64,000 nucleotides of DNA from Dehalococcoidia bacterium (GCA_965249275.1 CBDFLQ010000007.1:704001-768000); one strand, 5' to 3'. Shown: positions 20,040 to 31,394, numbered from the stretch's first letter. Translations and numbers: made by a program. The notes: generated from the letters alone by a model not told the origin.

Positions 20040-20380
20040 GGAAGCCTGTCCGCCTTAGGCGGATCATTCCGGCCGCCGAGAGCCGGTCGAAGATGCTGAA
20101 AGTGCGCCTTTGGCGTGCGCCGAGGCGTGAATCCATCCCCCGGCCGATGGCCCGCTCACCCTGAGCCTGCTGTAAGTCCGCTGAGGCGGATCGAAGGGTC
20201 GAGCGGGGGGCGGCCCCCGACTGCCAATCCGTCACCCCCGCCGTCATCCCAACCAAGCCCCCCTACCCTGTCATTCCGAGGCCCCGCGAGGAATCTGGGG
20301 GGCGGAGTCCTATCCCCTCTCCCTTTGACGGGAGAGGGCTAGAGCCTGCCCCGAGTCCCCCCGAGGGGGTGAGGGTGATC
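20040..20380. repeat. Cluster of several REP-like palindrome families
   Basis: ccgccttaggcgg; ccgctcaccctgag..gagcgg; gtcattccgag..gaatct (inverse at 47760-47800); ccctctccc..gggagaggg..gggtgaggg (inverse at ~48535). Confidence 0.75.
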
Positions 20381-20390
20381 CCCCCCAAAA

Positions 20391-20434
20391 GTGACACCAG
20401 CCCCTTGACCCGATATGAACATATGTACTATATT
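20391..20434 (+). promoter_or_regulatory. Sigma70-type promoter with LexA-like box (copy A)
   Basis: GTGACACCAGCCCC-TTGACC-N18-TATATT with GAACATATGTAC (20417-20428) in the spacer; homologous promoters at 32122-32164 and 48473-48516. Confidence 0.7.
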
Positions 20435-20439
20435 CTCCC

Positions 20440-21235
20440 CCAGGCCCCGACACCAAACATCGGGCCCAATCAGGAAAGGACCAAAGGAGTCCCATGAGTC
20501 GCACAAGCCTTCATAGGCCCCGTCGACACCGAGCGGTATGCCACCGCCCGGCCACCGGCACGCGCCTCCTCCCCAGCCCCTTCCCACCCACCATCCTTCA
20601 CATCAACACCCACTACAAGCGCTGCCCAAAGGCCCTACGCCTACGCCTTCGCAGCGATCAGTCACCGTCCCGCCCCCTGTATGGAAGGTCCCCGGACAAA
20701 TCACGGCACGCCCTTTCCAAGGACCACTGCCAAGTGCGCGCCCCACTCACCCGGCGCATCCGTTTCGCCTCCTCAGGCGACGCCCTGGAGCACGGCGTCA
20801 TGTCGCTCCCTCGGGCCATAGCGCCCCCTTGGGCCATAGCGCCCTCTTCGGACTCCCCCGGCGTAGACCTTGCCGGCCAGTCCGAACAGTCGGACAACCC
20901 CCGACTCAAAACAAACGCACCATTTAAGGATTCCACCGTCGTCACAACCGGAGAACACCCGACTACGAACGGCGGTCACGGGTCCCCGCTCCCATCCCAT
21001 AGGGTGGTCGAGCACTTCTGGTGGACGGGACTGCCCCACGCCGAGAATTTCTCGGGTCTCGTTCACATCCCCTCAGAAGTTAGGGGCTGTCGCAGAGCCG
21101 TCCCCGATGTGGAACATCCGCTGGAGCGGACGCCAAGCATCGGTACAGGCGTAGACGCCTTCTCGCGCAACCGTCCGGGACCTTCCATCACCCTCCCATC
21201 CCCCACCCACAACCCCACATATCCCTCACCGACCA
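20440..21235 (+). ncRNA. Candidate large structured ncRNA, copy A (divergent family member)
   Basis: Domain 20681-21188 closed by ATGGAAGGTCC(C)CGGAC / GTCCGGGACCTTCCAT; many internal hairpins; C/A-rich leader and tail as in copies B and C. Confidence 0.5.
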
Positions 21236-21248
21236 TTGGAGGCCGCCC

Positions 21249-21551
21249 ATGCCTAGAGGAGGCCGCCGGCCCGGCGCCGGCGCACCCAAAGGAAACTACA
21301 ACGCTTTCAAGCACGGCAAGAACTCCCGCCGCCTGCGGGAGCTCGCCGCCATCCTTGCCCTCGTACCCCGCACCCGCCGCCCTGCCCAGGGTGACCCCCA
21401 GAAAGCCCGGCTCGCTTCCGCCCTCGCACTCTCCTCCTTTATGGACCGCCTTTCCCTCCACTCTTTGCAACTCACCGACCCCGCCATGCAAAACCTCCAT
21501 CGTGCCGTCAAAGCCCTTCAACCTCCCAAACCTAAGCGCTCAAGGGAATAG
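21249..21551 (+). CDS. Small basic protein with GAPKGNxNAxKHG motif (phage terminase-small-subunit-like motif)
   Basis: GGAGG RBS before the ATG; MPRGGRRPGAGAPKGNYNAFKHG. Confidence 0.65.
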   Translation: MPRGGRRPGAGAPKGNYNAFKHGKNSRRLRELAAILALVPRTRRPAQGDPQKARLASALALSSFMDRLSLHSLQLTDPAMQNLHRAVKALQPPKPKRSRE

Positions 21552-21748
21552 CCCGCTCTTGGCACGGACTAAGCCAAAAACCCCTCGGAATTTAAGGGGA
21601 TTTTCCGAAAACAATCAGAATTTACGCCTGAGTGCGCACATCAATCAAAAACCCCCACCCACCGGCCCCCCTTGCCCCCTCATCCCCCCATCCCCGATAA
21701 TGACCCTCAAGCCGCCGCCTTAATGCATATCTTGGGAGGAGAGACGCT

Positions 21749-23137
21749 ATGAGGGCCACCGACGCCGCAATCGACTTTATCCATCGCACGCAACTTGATG
21801 ACATCCCCGCCGATGTCCAGCATCTCGGCAAGCGGGCGATTCTGGACACCGTGGGAGTCTCTCTAGCAGCAGCCAAGGATGAGGCCGTTGCCATCCTCGC
21901 AGAGACCCTCGCCGGTCGCGAGGGCAATTCGGCCGCCACTGTCATAGGCCGCAGCCACCGTACCGACTCCCTTTCCGCCGCTCTCATCAACGGCGTCCTG
22001 GCCCACGCCCTCGACTTTGATGATGTAAACGACTCCTGTATGGGCCATCCAAGCGCACCCCTGGTCCCCGCCGTTCTGGCTCTTGGCGAGGAACTGGGAG
22101 CATCCGGCGCCCGGGTGCTGGAGGCTTTCCTAATCGGCTTCGAGCTGGAGTGCAAGCTCGGTCTTGCTATCGGCAACGCCCACTACGCCAAGGGCTGGCA
22201 CGCCACCGCAACTACCGGAACAATGGCTGCTGCGGCCGCGTGCGCCAAGCTGCTCGGACTGGACCGTGAGCGCCTAGGCATGGCCCTCGGCATCGCCGCA
22301 TCCTCCTCCGCCGGAATGAGGATCAACTTCGGCACCATGACCAAGCCCTTCCACGTTGGCCAAGCGGCCCGTGGCGGCCTCATGGCTGCCCTCCTGGCCT
22401 CCAACGGCTTTACTGCCACCGCCGACATCCTGGACCACCCTATCGACTACACCCGCGTCTTCGCCGACAAGGGCGAGGCCGATGCCTCCCGTATCGTCGG
22501 TACCCTGGGTAGCCCCTGGGACATCGCATCCCCCGGCCTGGTAGTCAAGAAGTACCCCTGCTGCAACAGCACCCACCGGACCATCGACGCGACCCTGAGC
22601 CTCGTCTCCGAGCACAGTCCCTCGCCCTCCGAGATCGAAAGCATTGTTATAACTATGCCCCCCGGCGAGGACATTCCCCTGATCTACAGCCGAGCCTCCA
22701 CCGGCCTAGAGGGCAAGTTCTCCATGCAGTACTGCATCGCATCCGCCATCCTCGACGGTCGAGTCGACCTCAATACCTTCGACCAGACCAGCGTCGACAG
22801 GCCCGAAGTGCAGCGGCTGACGGGCCTCGTCAAACTGGAGTACGACGACACTCAGGATCCCGTCGTCGTCAATGCCGGCGGCCACGTCGACGTCACTATT
22901 AACATGTCAGCTGGGAGCTCGGTAACTACCCGCATCGAACAGGCCGGCGGCACCCCCGAGTATCCCCTGAGTGACGAGGAACTAAACCAGAAGTTCACCT
23001 CCTGCGCCAGCAGGACCTTGAACTCCTCGCAAGTAGACCAGGCGCTTTCCCAGGTCTACGCCCTCCAGGACATGCCTGACATCGGGGAGCTTATGTCCAC
23101 TATAGCCGCCCCTGTCATGGCTCCGAGCGTGGGCTAA
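21749..23137 (+). CDS. MmgE/PrpD family protein
   Basis: AHALDFDD, HPS, GWHATAT, FGTMTKPFH, KKYPCC, KFSMQY. Confidence 0.93.
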   Translation: MRATDAAIDFIHRTQLDDIPADVQHLGKRAILDTVGVSLAAAKDEAVAILAETLAGREGNSAATVIGRSHRTDSLSAALINGVLAHALDFDDVNDSCMGHPSAPLVPAVLALGEELGASGARVLEAFLIGFELECKLGLAIGNAHYAKGWHATATTGTMAAAAACAKLLGLDRERLGMALGIAASSSAGMRINFGTMTKPFHVGQAARGGLMAALLASNGFTATADILDHPIDYTRVFADKGEADASRIVGTLGSPWDIASPGLVVKKYPCCNSTHRTIDATLSLVSEHSPSPSEIESIVITMPPGEDIPLIYSRASTGLEGKFSMQYCIASAILDGRVDLNTFDQTSVDRPEVQRLTGLVKLEYDDTQDPVVVNAGGHVDVTINMSAGSSVTTRIEQAGGTPEYPLSDEELNQKFTSCASRTLNSSQVDQALSQVYALQDMPDIGELMSTIAAPVMAPSVG

Positions 23138-23236
23138 AGGCCAGCTGTCCTAACCTGGGACTCTAGCCTCCTCCGGTCAGCTTCAGCGTGTCGCAAACTC
23201 GCAAGCGCTGAGGTGAGTTGGCACGGGTACATCGGC

Positions 23237-23265
23237 TTGACTAAGGTAGGTGCCCGTGTTAGATT
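23237..23265 (+). promoter_or_regulatory. rRNA promoter
   Basis: TTGACT-N17-TAGATT, followed by a boxA-like GCACCTTAACAA at ~23281. Confidence 0.7.
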
Positions 23266-23338
23266 ACCCCTTGCACATTTGCACCTTAACAACTGAATAG
23301 TGGAAGGAAGCCAATAGCTAGGTAAGAAAAAGATAAAC

Positions 23339-24939
<1,601 letters not shown>

Positions 24940-25067
24940 GGGAGTATTTCTCACACCCACGTGGTGCGGAGACATCTCCTAGGTCGGTCTCTCCGGTTCG
25001 CCGGGGAGCATTTCCTCCCACTGGGAGGACTCGGCTTCCTTTCACTATTAAGTTGTTAAGGCCTTTT

Positions 25068-25105
25068 AAAGAGGCGGTCCGGTTAATCCGGACCGCCTCT
25101 TTTTT
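25068..25105 (+). terminator. Intrinsic terminator after 16S
   Basis: AAAGAGGCGGTCCGG-TTAAT-CCGGACCGCCTC-TTTTTT. Confidence 0.9.
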
Positions 25106-25149
25106 GATCTAGAGAATCAGTGTGCAAGAATGACCCTAGGGAGGTGAGT

Positions 25150-25362
25150 ATGCGGAATGTTCAAGTGGTACTGTATCGGGAGGGGGACCTGTGGTTCGCC
25201 CATGCATTAAACGTGGACGTGTCGTCATTTGCAGACACTCGAGAAGAGGCGCGGTCCGCCATTCAAGAGGCGTTGATACTGTATTGCGAGGACGCACAGG
25301 ACGGGGAGGTTACAGAAGTCTCCGACGTGATGGTGGAGACGGTCAGCTTTGCAGTTTCATAG
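25150..25362 (+). CDS. HicB-like antitoxin (short form)
   Basis: GGAGGTG RBS; YREGDLWFAHALNVDVSSFADTREEARSAIQEALILY matches the HicB-like N-domain pattern. Confidence 0.8.
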   Translation: MRNVQVVLYREGDLWFAHALNVDVSSFADTREEARSAIQEALILYCEDAQDGEVTEVSDVMVETVSFAVS

Positions 25363-25569
25363 TACTCGCGAGGCATTGCAAACATTAGATCGTCTCGGGT
25401 TTTGGAGCGTGCCCCAGCGTAGGACCAGCCTTAACTGCGACTACAAACGCCGGGAATTACTCGAACTGTTTTAGCCAAGATGGGATCGAGCGAGGCACCC
25501 TCACGGACAATGGCTTGGATCCTTGACGAGGCCAACCTCTACAGCGTCGAGCTTCAGTTAGAAGTGTGA
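25349..25569 (+). pseudogene. Frameshifted HicA-like toxin remnant
   Basis: LQFHSTREALQTLDRLGFWSVPQRRT, then after a frameshift RLQTPGITRTVLAKM...RTMAWILDEANL; the GSH motif is absent. Confidence 0.6.
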
Positions 25570-25603
25570 GGACATTGGCGCATTGAGAGAGGGCTGGGGG
25601 GCC

Positions 25604-27661
25604 TTACTCCTCCAACGACTCCGCCAGAATCTCCACCAGGTCCTTGGCCACGATCTTCCCCTCCTGCTCCTTCACCCGGATCCCGTCTTCGAACATCTGT
25701 AGACAGAACGGGCACGACGTCCCGACCACCTCGGCCCCCGTCTCCAGCGCGTGTTCGGTTCGAACGTGGTTGATCCTCTTCCCCTTGGACGACTCTTCGA
25801 TCCACATGTGACCGCCACCTGCGCCACAGCAGAAGGCTCGGCTCCTGTTCCGAGCCATTTCCAATGTCTTGATCCCGGGGATCTTCTTCAACATCCGTCG
25901 GGGCTCTTCGTAGACGCCGTTGTGCCGACCCAGGTAGCAAGAGTCGTGGTAGGCAACTTTCTTGTCTATGGGCTTCTTCGGCTTAATCTTGCCCTGCTCC
26001 ATGAGCTCGTCGATGAACTGGTTGTGGTGCATCACTTCGAAGTTGCCGCCAAACTGGGGGTACTCGTTCTTCATCGTGTTGAAGCAGTGGGGGCAGGCGG
26101 TAACGATGCGGTTGATACCGTACTTCTTGAGAGTCTCGATGTTCTGCTCGGCCAATAGCTGGAACAAGTACTCGTTGCCCATCCGGCGGGCCGGATCTCC
26201 GTTGCACGTCTCCTCGTCACCGAGAATCGAGAAGTTGACCCCAGCCGTGTTCAGCACCGAGGCCAAAGACTTCGCTATCCCCTGGCTCCTCTCTTCCAGT
26301 GCCGGTGTGCACCCGACCCAGAAAAGCACGTCCGGGTGGGGGTTATCGGCGATCAGTTTAACGTCGACTCCTTCGGTCCAGTCGGTACGTCCAAACTTGG
26401 TGCCCGCCCACGGATGACCTCGCGTCTCCATGCTGCGAAGGGCGTTCTGGCCGCTCTCCGGCATCTTGCCCTCTTCCAGAACCAGGTGTCGGCGCATGTC
26501 TACTATGCTGTCGATATGCTCGATCGCGACGGGGCATTCCTGTTCGCAGGCGCCACAAGTGACACAGTCCCAGATGGCCTCCTCGCTGACGATGTTGCCA
26601 ATGACTGGGAGCGCCGCGCCGTTACCGTTGCCATCCCCGCCTTTGGCCAGCATGGGCCCGACATCCAGGAGGTGGTCCTTGATTCCCTCAATGACGTGCA
26701 TGGGTGACAACACCTTACCGGTAAGGTTCGCTGGGCAGGCGTCGGAGCAGCGGCCGCAGACGGCGCAAGCGTAGCCGTCCAACAGCTCTTTCCAGGTGAA
26801 CTCCTGAACAAAGTTTGCCCCGAAGCTCTCGGCTGTCTCCATGTCCTTAATGGGGTGGAGGGTGCCTCTGGGGTTAATGTCGTGAAGGAAGGCGTTGATT
26901 GGAGCCCCTATCATGTGCATGTGCTTGGAGAAGGGGATGTACATGCTGAACCCAATGATAAGAGCTACGTGGGCCCACCAGAAGATACCGTGAAGCGTGT
27001 TTACAACTTCGAAGCTCGCCCCGTCAAAGAGCTTCCCTAGAGCCGTGCCGACCGGAGAGGCTACGTGAGGACTGGGCTCGGCGAATACGCCCTGACTGGC
27101 CATCGCGTTGTAGAAACCTTCCACCAGGAAGGTGAATATCATCAGGCCGGCAATCGCGCCTACGATGATTACGGCATCGGAGCTGCGGGTTAGGTCGAAG
27201 CTCAGGCGCCGAGGCTTGGCCAGCCATCTCCGTACCAGCGCCCATGTAAGGGAAGTGAGGATGGCAAGCCCGAGGGCATCGAGCACGAAGACGTAGACTT
27301 TAACGCCAGTGTCGGTGAGGATGGTCTCGGATATATTGGGGTTTATCGAGTCCAGAAAGACGAATAGAACATAGCTAAGGGCGAAGCATAGGAATCCCCA
27401 GAAGACGAACACGTGCCCCAACCCAGCCTTGTCTTTCAGGGACACCCGTTGAAGCACCTTCCTTTGAGCCAATACGACCACCAAGGCGTTTAAGCTTCGC
27501 TTCAGAGGTTGATCGAAGCGGTTCTCGCTCTTGCCAAGCATGATCAGACGGAATACCCGGGAATAGACCACATAACCGGCAAATCCGAATCCAAGGACAG
27601 CGAACGCGAACACGCCAATCCAGATGGGAATCACGCCAAAGATTTCGCCTGGTGGGACCAT
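25604..27661 (-). CDS. FadF/HdrF-like membrane Fe-S oxidoreductase (NarI-like TM + 2x[4Fe-4S] + 2 CCG domains)
   Basis: TM N-terminus with His ligands; CAVCGRCSDACP, CVTCGACEQECP, YHDSCYLGR, CCGAGGG, CPFC. Confidence 0.9.
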   Translation of the reverse strand: MVPPGEIFGVIPIWIGVFAFAVLGFGFAGYVVYSRVFRLIMLGKSENRFDQPLKRSLNALVVVLAQRKVLQRVSLKDKAGLGHVFVFWGFLCFALSYVLFVFLDSINPNISETILTDTGVKVYVFVLDALGLAILTSLTWALVRRWLAKPRRLSFDLTRSSDAVIIVGAIAGLMIFTFLVEGFYNAMASQGVFAEPSPHVASPVGTALGKLFDGASFEVVNTLHGIFWWAHVALIIGFSMYIPFSKHMHMIGAPINAFLHDINPRGTLHPIKDMETAESFGANFVQEFTWKELLDGYACAVCGRCSDACPANLTGKVLSPMHVIEGIKDHLLDVGPMLAKGGDGNGNGAALPVIGNIVSEEAIWDCVTCGACEQECPVAIEHIDSIVDMRRHLVLEEGKMPESGQNALRSMETRGHPWAGTKFGRTDWTEGVDVKLIADNPHPDVLFWVGCTPALEERSQGIAKSLASVLNTAGVNFSILGDEETCNGDPARRMGNEYLFQLLAEQNIETLKKYGINRIVTACPHCFNTMKNEYPQFGGNFEVMHHNQFIDELMEQGKIKPKKPIDKKVAYHDSCYLGRHNGVYEEPRRMLKKIPGIKTLEMARNRSRAFCCGAGGGHMWIEESSKGKRINHVRTEHALETGAEVVGTSCPFCLQMFEDGIRVKEQEGKIVAKDLVEILAESLEE

Positions 27662-27742
27662 GTTTCCTGTGTCTCCTGAGGAGTAAAGCTATGGGATAAC
27701 CGGTGCGCGAGTGTAGCATGGGCCTGTCGGCAGCGACAAGCG

Positions 27743-27782
27743 AAGGGGTCGGCCCGCCGATGGCGGAGCCGACCCCTTTTTT
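27743..27782. terminator. Intrinsic terminator-like hairpin
   Basis: AAGGGGTCGGC..CCGCC..GGCGG..GCCGACCCCTTTTTT between the hdrB-like and fadF-like genes; the T-tract is on the + strand. Confidence 0.55.
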
Positions 27783-27811
27783 GGTTCAGCTAGAAGCAAC
27801 AAGACCGAGGG

Positions 27812-28696
27812 TTACACTTTGGCCTTCTTCTTGGCCTTGGCCTCCACCGGCGAGGTGGAAACAAGGTGCCGCTGCATCTCCATCTCCTTGGGGGTGAAGC
27901 CCAAGGCCAGACCCACAAGCTGGGGCAGATGCAGCACTGGCAGGTTGATCTTCCTGCCCTTATGGGCTTCGGCACGACTCTGCGTCCCATCCAATTCTAG
28001 ATGGCAGAGGGGGCAGGGGGTAACCATGGCATCCGCGCCCTTGTCCTTCGCCTCTATGGTGTGGTTGCCGCACATCTCCAGCGAGTTTTCCTCGTTGGGG
28101 TATAGGATGGGAAAACCACAGCACTTGCCCTTGCCCTTCGTCACGACCACTTGCCCACCTAGGGCTGTAATAGTGCCCTCCAGGGCAGTTTTCCTGCTCT
28201 CCTTGCCCTTCGGCACAACGACTTCAGGAGGACGGCGGAGGTAGCATCCGTAGAAGGGAGCGACCTTAAGTTCCTCCAGCGGGTTCACCACCAACTCTTT
28301 CAGCTTGTCCAGCCCAAAGTCCTCCTCCAGCACCCACAGGAAGTGCTTCACGTCCGTGGTGCCCTTGTACTCCAGGCCTTCTTCGTCCAGGTATTCGTGG
28401 TTGATCCTGGCACGGTATTCAGGGTCGGTGGTAAGTCGGTGGTTTGCCTGCATAAGGCACCCTTGGCAAGTGCTGCAGATGGTCATAATGGGGAGGCCCA
28501 TAGCCTCGGCCTTGGCGAGAGTCCGAGCATTGATGGGGTCGGAGACCTCCCGACTAAGGACGCCCGCGCCGGTACAACCGACATCTTCCATCTCCACCAG
28601 CTCAATGCCGAGCCTGTCGGCAACCTTTACGGCGGCGGGGTAAAGCTCGGGGCATCCGCCTTTGGCGACGCAACCCGGATAGAATGCATATCTCAT
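27812..28696 (-). CDS. CCG-domain HdrB/SdhE-like anchor subunit (type-E succinate dehydrogenase)
   Basis: YAFYPGC, GCTGAG, CSTC, PFYGCY, CCGFP, TPCPLC; ATGA overlap with sdhB. Confidence 0.88.
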   Translation of the reverse strand: MRYAFYPGCVAKGGCPELYPAAVKVADRLGIELVEMEDVGCTGAGVLSREVSDPINARTLAKAEAMGLPIMTICSTCQGCLMQANHRLTTDPEYRARINHEYLDEEGLEYKGTTDVKHFLWVLEEDFGLDKLKELVVNPLEELKVAPFYGCYLRRPPEVVVPKGKESRKTALEGTITALGGQVVVTKGKGKCCGFPILYPNEENSLEMCGNHTIEAKDKGADAMVTPCPLCHLELDGTQSRAEAHKGRKINLPVLHLPQLVGLALGFTPKEMEMQRHLVSTSPVEAKAKKKAKV

Positions 28697-29649
28697 TTGC
28701 CGTCTCCCTCCCATTTTTCAAATATACGCTTGATCCGCTTGGCCCCGGGCCGTTTCTTATGGAGGTATGGCAGGGGCGCTTTGCGGTGTGCCATCGCCTT
28801 GGCAGCCGTAGGCACTAGGTGCATCAGGCCGCCTATATTGGTTAATCCCTCGCTCTCGATGGCGAGACGGGCTTCGTCCAGCCAACCACTGGATTTGATG
28901 GACTTAGCGAAGCTGTCGTTGTGGCGCACCACCCGCGGTGTGCCAATGCCCCGCTTAATTGCCTCATCCCTCAACGATAGTATCCTGTCCGTCGGGTCGA
29001 TCCCCTTTGGGCAATGCTCCGTCGCCTCGAAACAGTGGACGCAGTCCCACATCCCACCTTTTTGGCTAAGCTCGTTTAGCCGCCTCACAGTCACCCGGTC
29101 CCGAGGGTCGGCTACCGACTTAAAAGCCTTGGTGAGAGCCGCAGGCCCCAGGAACGTCTTGTCTATGACCAGCACCGTACAGCCTTCGTCGCACATCCCA
29201 CAGAGGGTGCAACTGGAAGCTTCCTGTAGTTCCCTGGTTTTCTTCTGGGAGACGATGTGCTCTTCCGTCGGGCTGGGCGGTGAGGATTCGATCCAGGGTT
29301 TTACGGCAGCGTACTTGTCTAGCAGAAACTCGTCCTGGTCATATATCAGGTCCTTGACCCCCTTGACCAACCGGGGCGGGCCCAGGGTTATCTCGCCTTT
29401 GACCTGGGCCTTCGCCACCGGCATCCGGCAGGCCCACTTGGCCTTGCCGTTGACACCCATCGTACAGTCGCCACAGAAACCCGTGCGGCAGGAGCCGCGG
29501 AAAGATAGGGTGGCGTCCTGTTCGTCACGGACCTGGATTAAGGCGTCCAATACCGAGCTTTGCTCGTCCACCTCGACGGAGTAAGTCTGGTGGCTGCCGT
29601 TACCGTTGGACACGGGATCGTAGCGGCGTACCTTCAGATTAACCTGCAT
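28693..29649 (-). CDS. sdhB: Succinate dehydrogenase/fumarate reductase iron-sulfur subunit
   Basis: [40 protein letters not shown]; extended C-terminus typical of type-E operons. Confidence 0.9.
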   Translation of the reverse strand: MQVNLKVRRYDPVSNGNGSHQTYSVEVDEQSSVLDALIQVRDEQDATLSFRGSCRTGFCGDCTMGVNGKAKWACRMPVAKAQVKGEITLGPPRLVKGVKDLIYDQDEFLLDKYAAVKPWIESSPPSPTEEHIVSQKKTRELQEASSCTLCGMCDEGCTVLVIDKTFLGPAALTKAFKSVADPRDRVTVRRLNELSQKGGMWDCVHCFEATEHCPKGIDPTDRILSLRDEAIKRGIGTPRVVRHNDSFAKSIKSSGWLDEARLAIESEGLTNIGGLMHLVPTAAKAMAHRKAPLPYLHKKRPGAKRIKRIFEKWEGDGK

Positions 29650-31308
29650 CTAGCTGCTCCCTTCCGGTTTCCAGCGAGTTACCGTCACGGGTTCATATTC
29701 CAATTGAGGCCCGTTACCCGAGGCCCGTGCCACGGTATGTTTGAGCCAGTTTTCATCGTCTCTATTGGGGAAGTCCAGGCGGGAGTGAGAACCTCGGCTC
29801 TCTTCTCGGGCTAAGGCGGATGCTACGGTAACCTGGGCTATGTCCAGCATGTTGCCCAGCTCGATTATCGAAGCAACCTCCGTGTTGTAACCTGTTGCAG
29901 GGCCCTGGATTCCGACAGCGTCACACCGCTCGCGCAATTCTGAGAGCTTTTCTACAGCTGCATTGAGGCCGGAGGCGTCCCGGTATATGCCCACGTTGTC
30001 CTGCATCAGAGAGGCTAGTTCCCGTCTTATCACACCGGCAGACTCGACTCCCTTTTCCCTGGCCGATATTCCCGCTATTCTCCTCTCCTCGTCTGCCTGC
30101 TGGACAGACAGGTCGGGCGCGGGACCTGCGATTCCTGCGACACCCGCCGCTGACGCTCCTGCGCGCCGCCCTACGGCCACGCTCTCCAGCAAAGAGTTGC
30201 CTCCAAGCCGGTTGGCGCCGTTCAGGCCCGAGTTCGCACACTCACCCGCGGCGAAAAGTCCGGCAACCTGGGAAGCCCCGGATGCATCTATCTTGATACC
30301 ACCGATGGGGCGATGCATGGCCGGTTGAACTGGTACCGGGTCCTTGGTTATGTCAATGCCTGTTAGGTCTTTGACGAGGAGGCGGGTCTCGGGAAGCCGT
30401 TGGGCCAGCCGATCAGAGTCAAGGCTGCGGAAGTCAAGGAAGATGGCCGCACTGGCAATTTCATCAGCCACGGCTCGGGTGACTACATCATTGGAAGATA
30501 GCGCAATGGCAGCGCCCGCATCGCCGGATGCGATAGGTCCGTCGTCGGAGCGGACCAGAATTGCCCCTTCACCCCTCGCGGCCGCAGTGATCAAGAGGCC
30601 ATTGGGCGCCAGGGCCGTTGGAGCGAACTGGACCATCTCCATGTCCCGCAGGGGGGCGCCAGCCCGGTAAGCCATAGCAGGCCCGTCGGCAGTGGAAGCC
30701 GTCGAGCCCGTGCTGTTGCGGTACATTCGGCCCATCCCTCCGGTTGCCAGTACCACTGCCCCGGAGGAATAGGCAGCCAATGTGCCGTCCTTCAGGTTGC
30801 GGGCAAACACACCCTGGCAGGAACCGTCATCCATAGTAATCAAGGATACGGCGGACCATTCGTAAAAGAGAGGTATCTGCATCCTGAGGACCTGTTCGAA
30901 AAGGGAGTTCAGGATGTTGTGACCCGTGGCGTCGGCACAGTAGCAGGTCCGAGCCTCGGAGGAAGCGGGAAAGCGGGTCTGGTGTATGCGTCCTTCGGCA
31001 TTACGGTCAAATGGGACGCCCATGTGCTCGAGTCCTATGACTCGGGCGGGAGCCTCCTGGCAGACGGCTTCAACCACGTCCTGGTCGGAGAGGTATGCGC
31101 CCGCCTTCACGGTGTCGAGACCATGAGACTCCCAGGCATTGTCACCCCTGAGGCCCGCGTTTATACCGCTATGAGCCCCCGACGAGTGGCTGCGGAGCGG
31201 GTGTTGCTTGGAAAGTATGCAGACGTTGGCTCCATGCTCCCGGGCCGACAGGGCGGCGCTCATTCCGGCGAAGCCTCCGCCAACTACTACTACGTCATAT
31301 CGAGGCAA
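29650..31308 (-). CDS. sdhA: SdhA/FrdA-family flavoprotein with non-canonical active site
   Basis: GGGFAG, RSHS (FAD His), LATGG, GANRLGGNSL, ESRGSH. QFHPT->QFAPT, TE->TA, PRD->SND. Confidence 0.8.
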   Translation of the reverse strand: MPRYDVVVVGGGFAGMSAALSAREHGANVCILSKQHPLRSHSSGAHSGINAGLRGDNAWESHGLDTVKAGAYLSDQDVVEAVCQEAPARVIGLEHMGVPFDRNAEGRIHQTRFPASSEARTCYCADATGHNILNSLFEQVLRMQIPLFYEWSAVSLITMDDGSCQGVFARNLKDGTLAAYSSGAVVLATGGMGRMYRNSTGSTASTADGPAMAYRAGAPLRDMEMVQFAPTALAPNGLLITAAARGEGAILVRSDDGPIASGDAGAAIALSSNDVVTRAVADEIASAAIFLDFRSLDSDRLAQRLPETRLLVKDLTGIDITKDPVPVQPAMHRPIGGIKIDASGASQVAGLFAAGECANSGLNGANRLGGNSLLESVAVGRRAGASAAGVAGIAGPAPDLSVQQADEERRIAGISAREKGVESAGVIRRELASLMQDNVGIYRDASGLNAAVEKLSELRERCDAVGIQGPATGYNTEVASIIELGNMLDIAQVTVASALAREESRGSHSRLDFPNRDDENWLKHTVARASGNGPQLEYEPVTVTRWKPEGSS

Positions 31309-31394
31309 TGGCTCCTCCTGTTTGGAAATAGAACGCGGCTATCAGGGCTGTGGCCGCGGCGCGATTATATTTAATGGCTGGGGCGGGTGTCAAA

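Noticed and set aside
20494-21723. 409-aa ORF with an AAGGAG RBS running through ncRNA copy A
   Set aside because: Pro/Ser/Arg-rich with no recognisable domain, overlaps the better-supported 21249-21551 gene in another frame, and has no counterpart in copies B or C. Translation of a short leader cannot be excluded.
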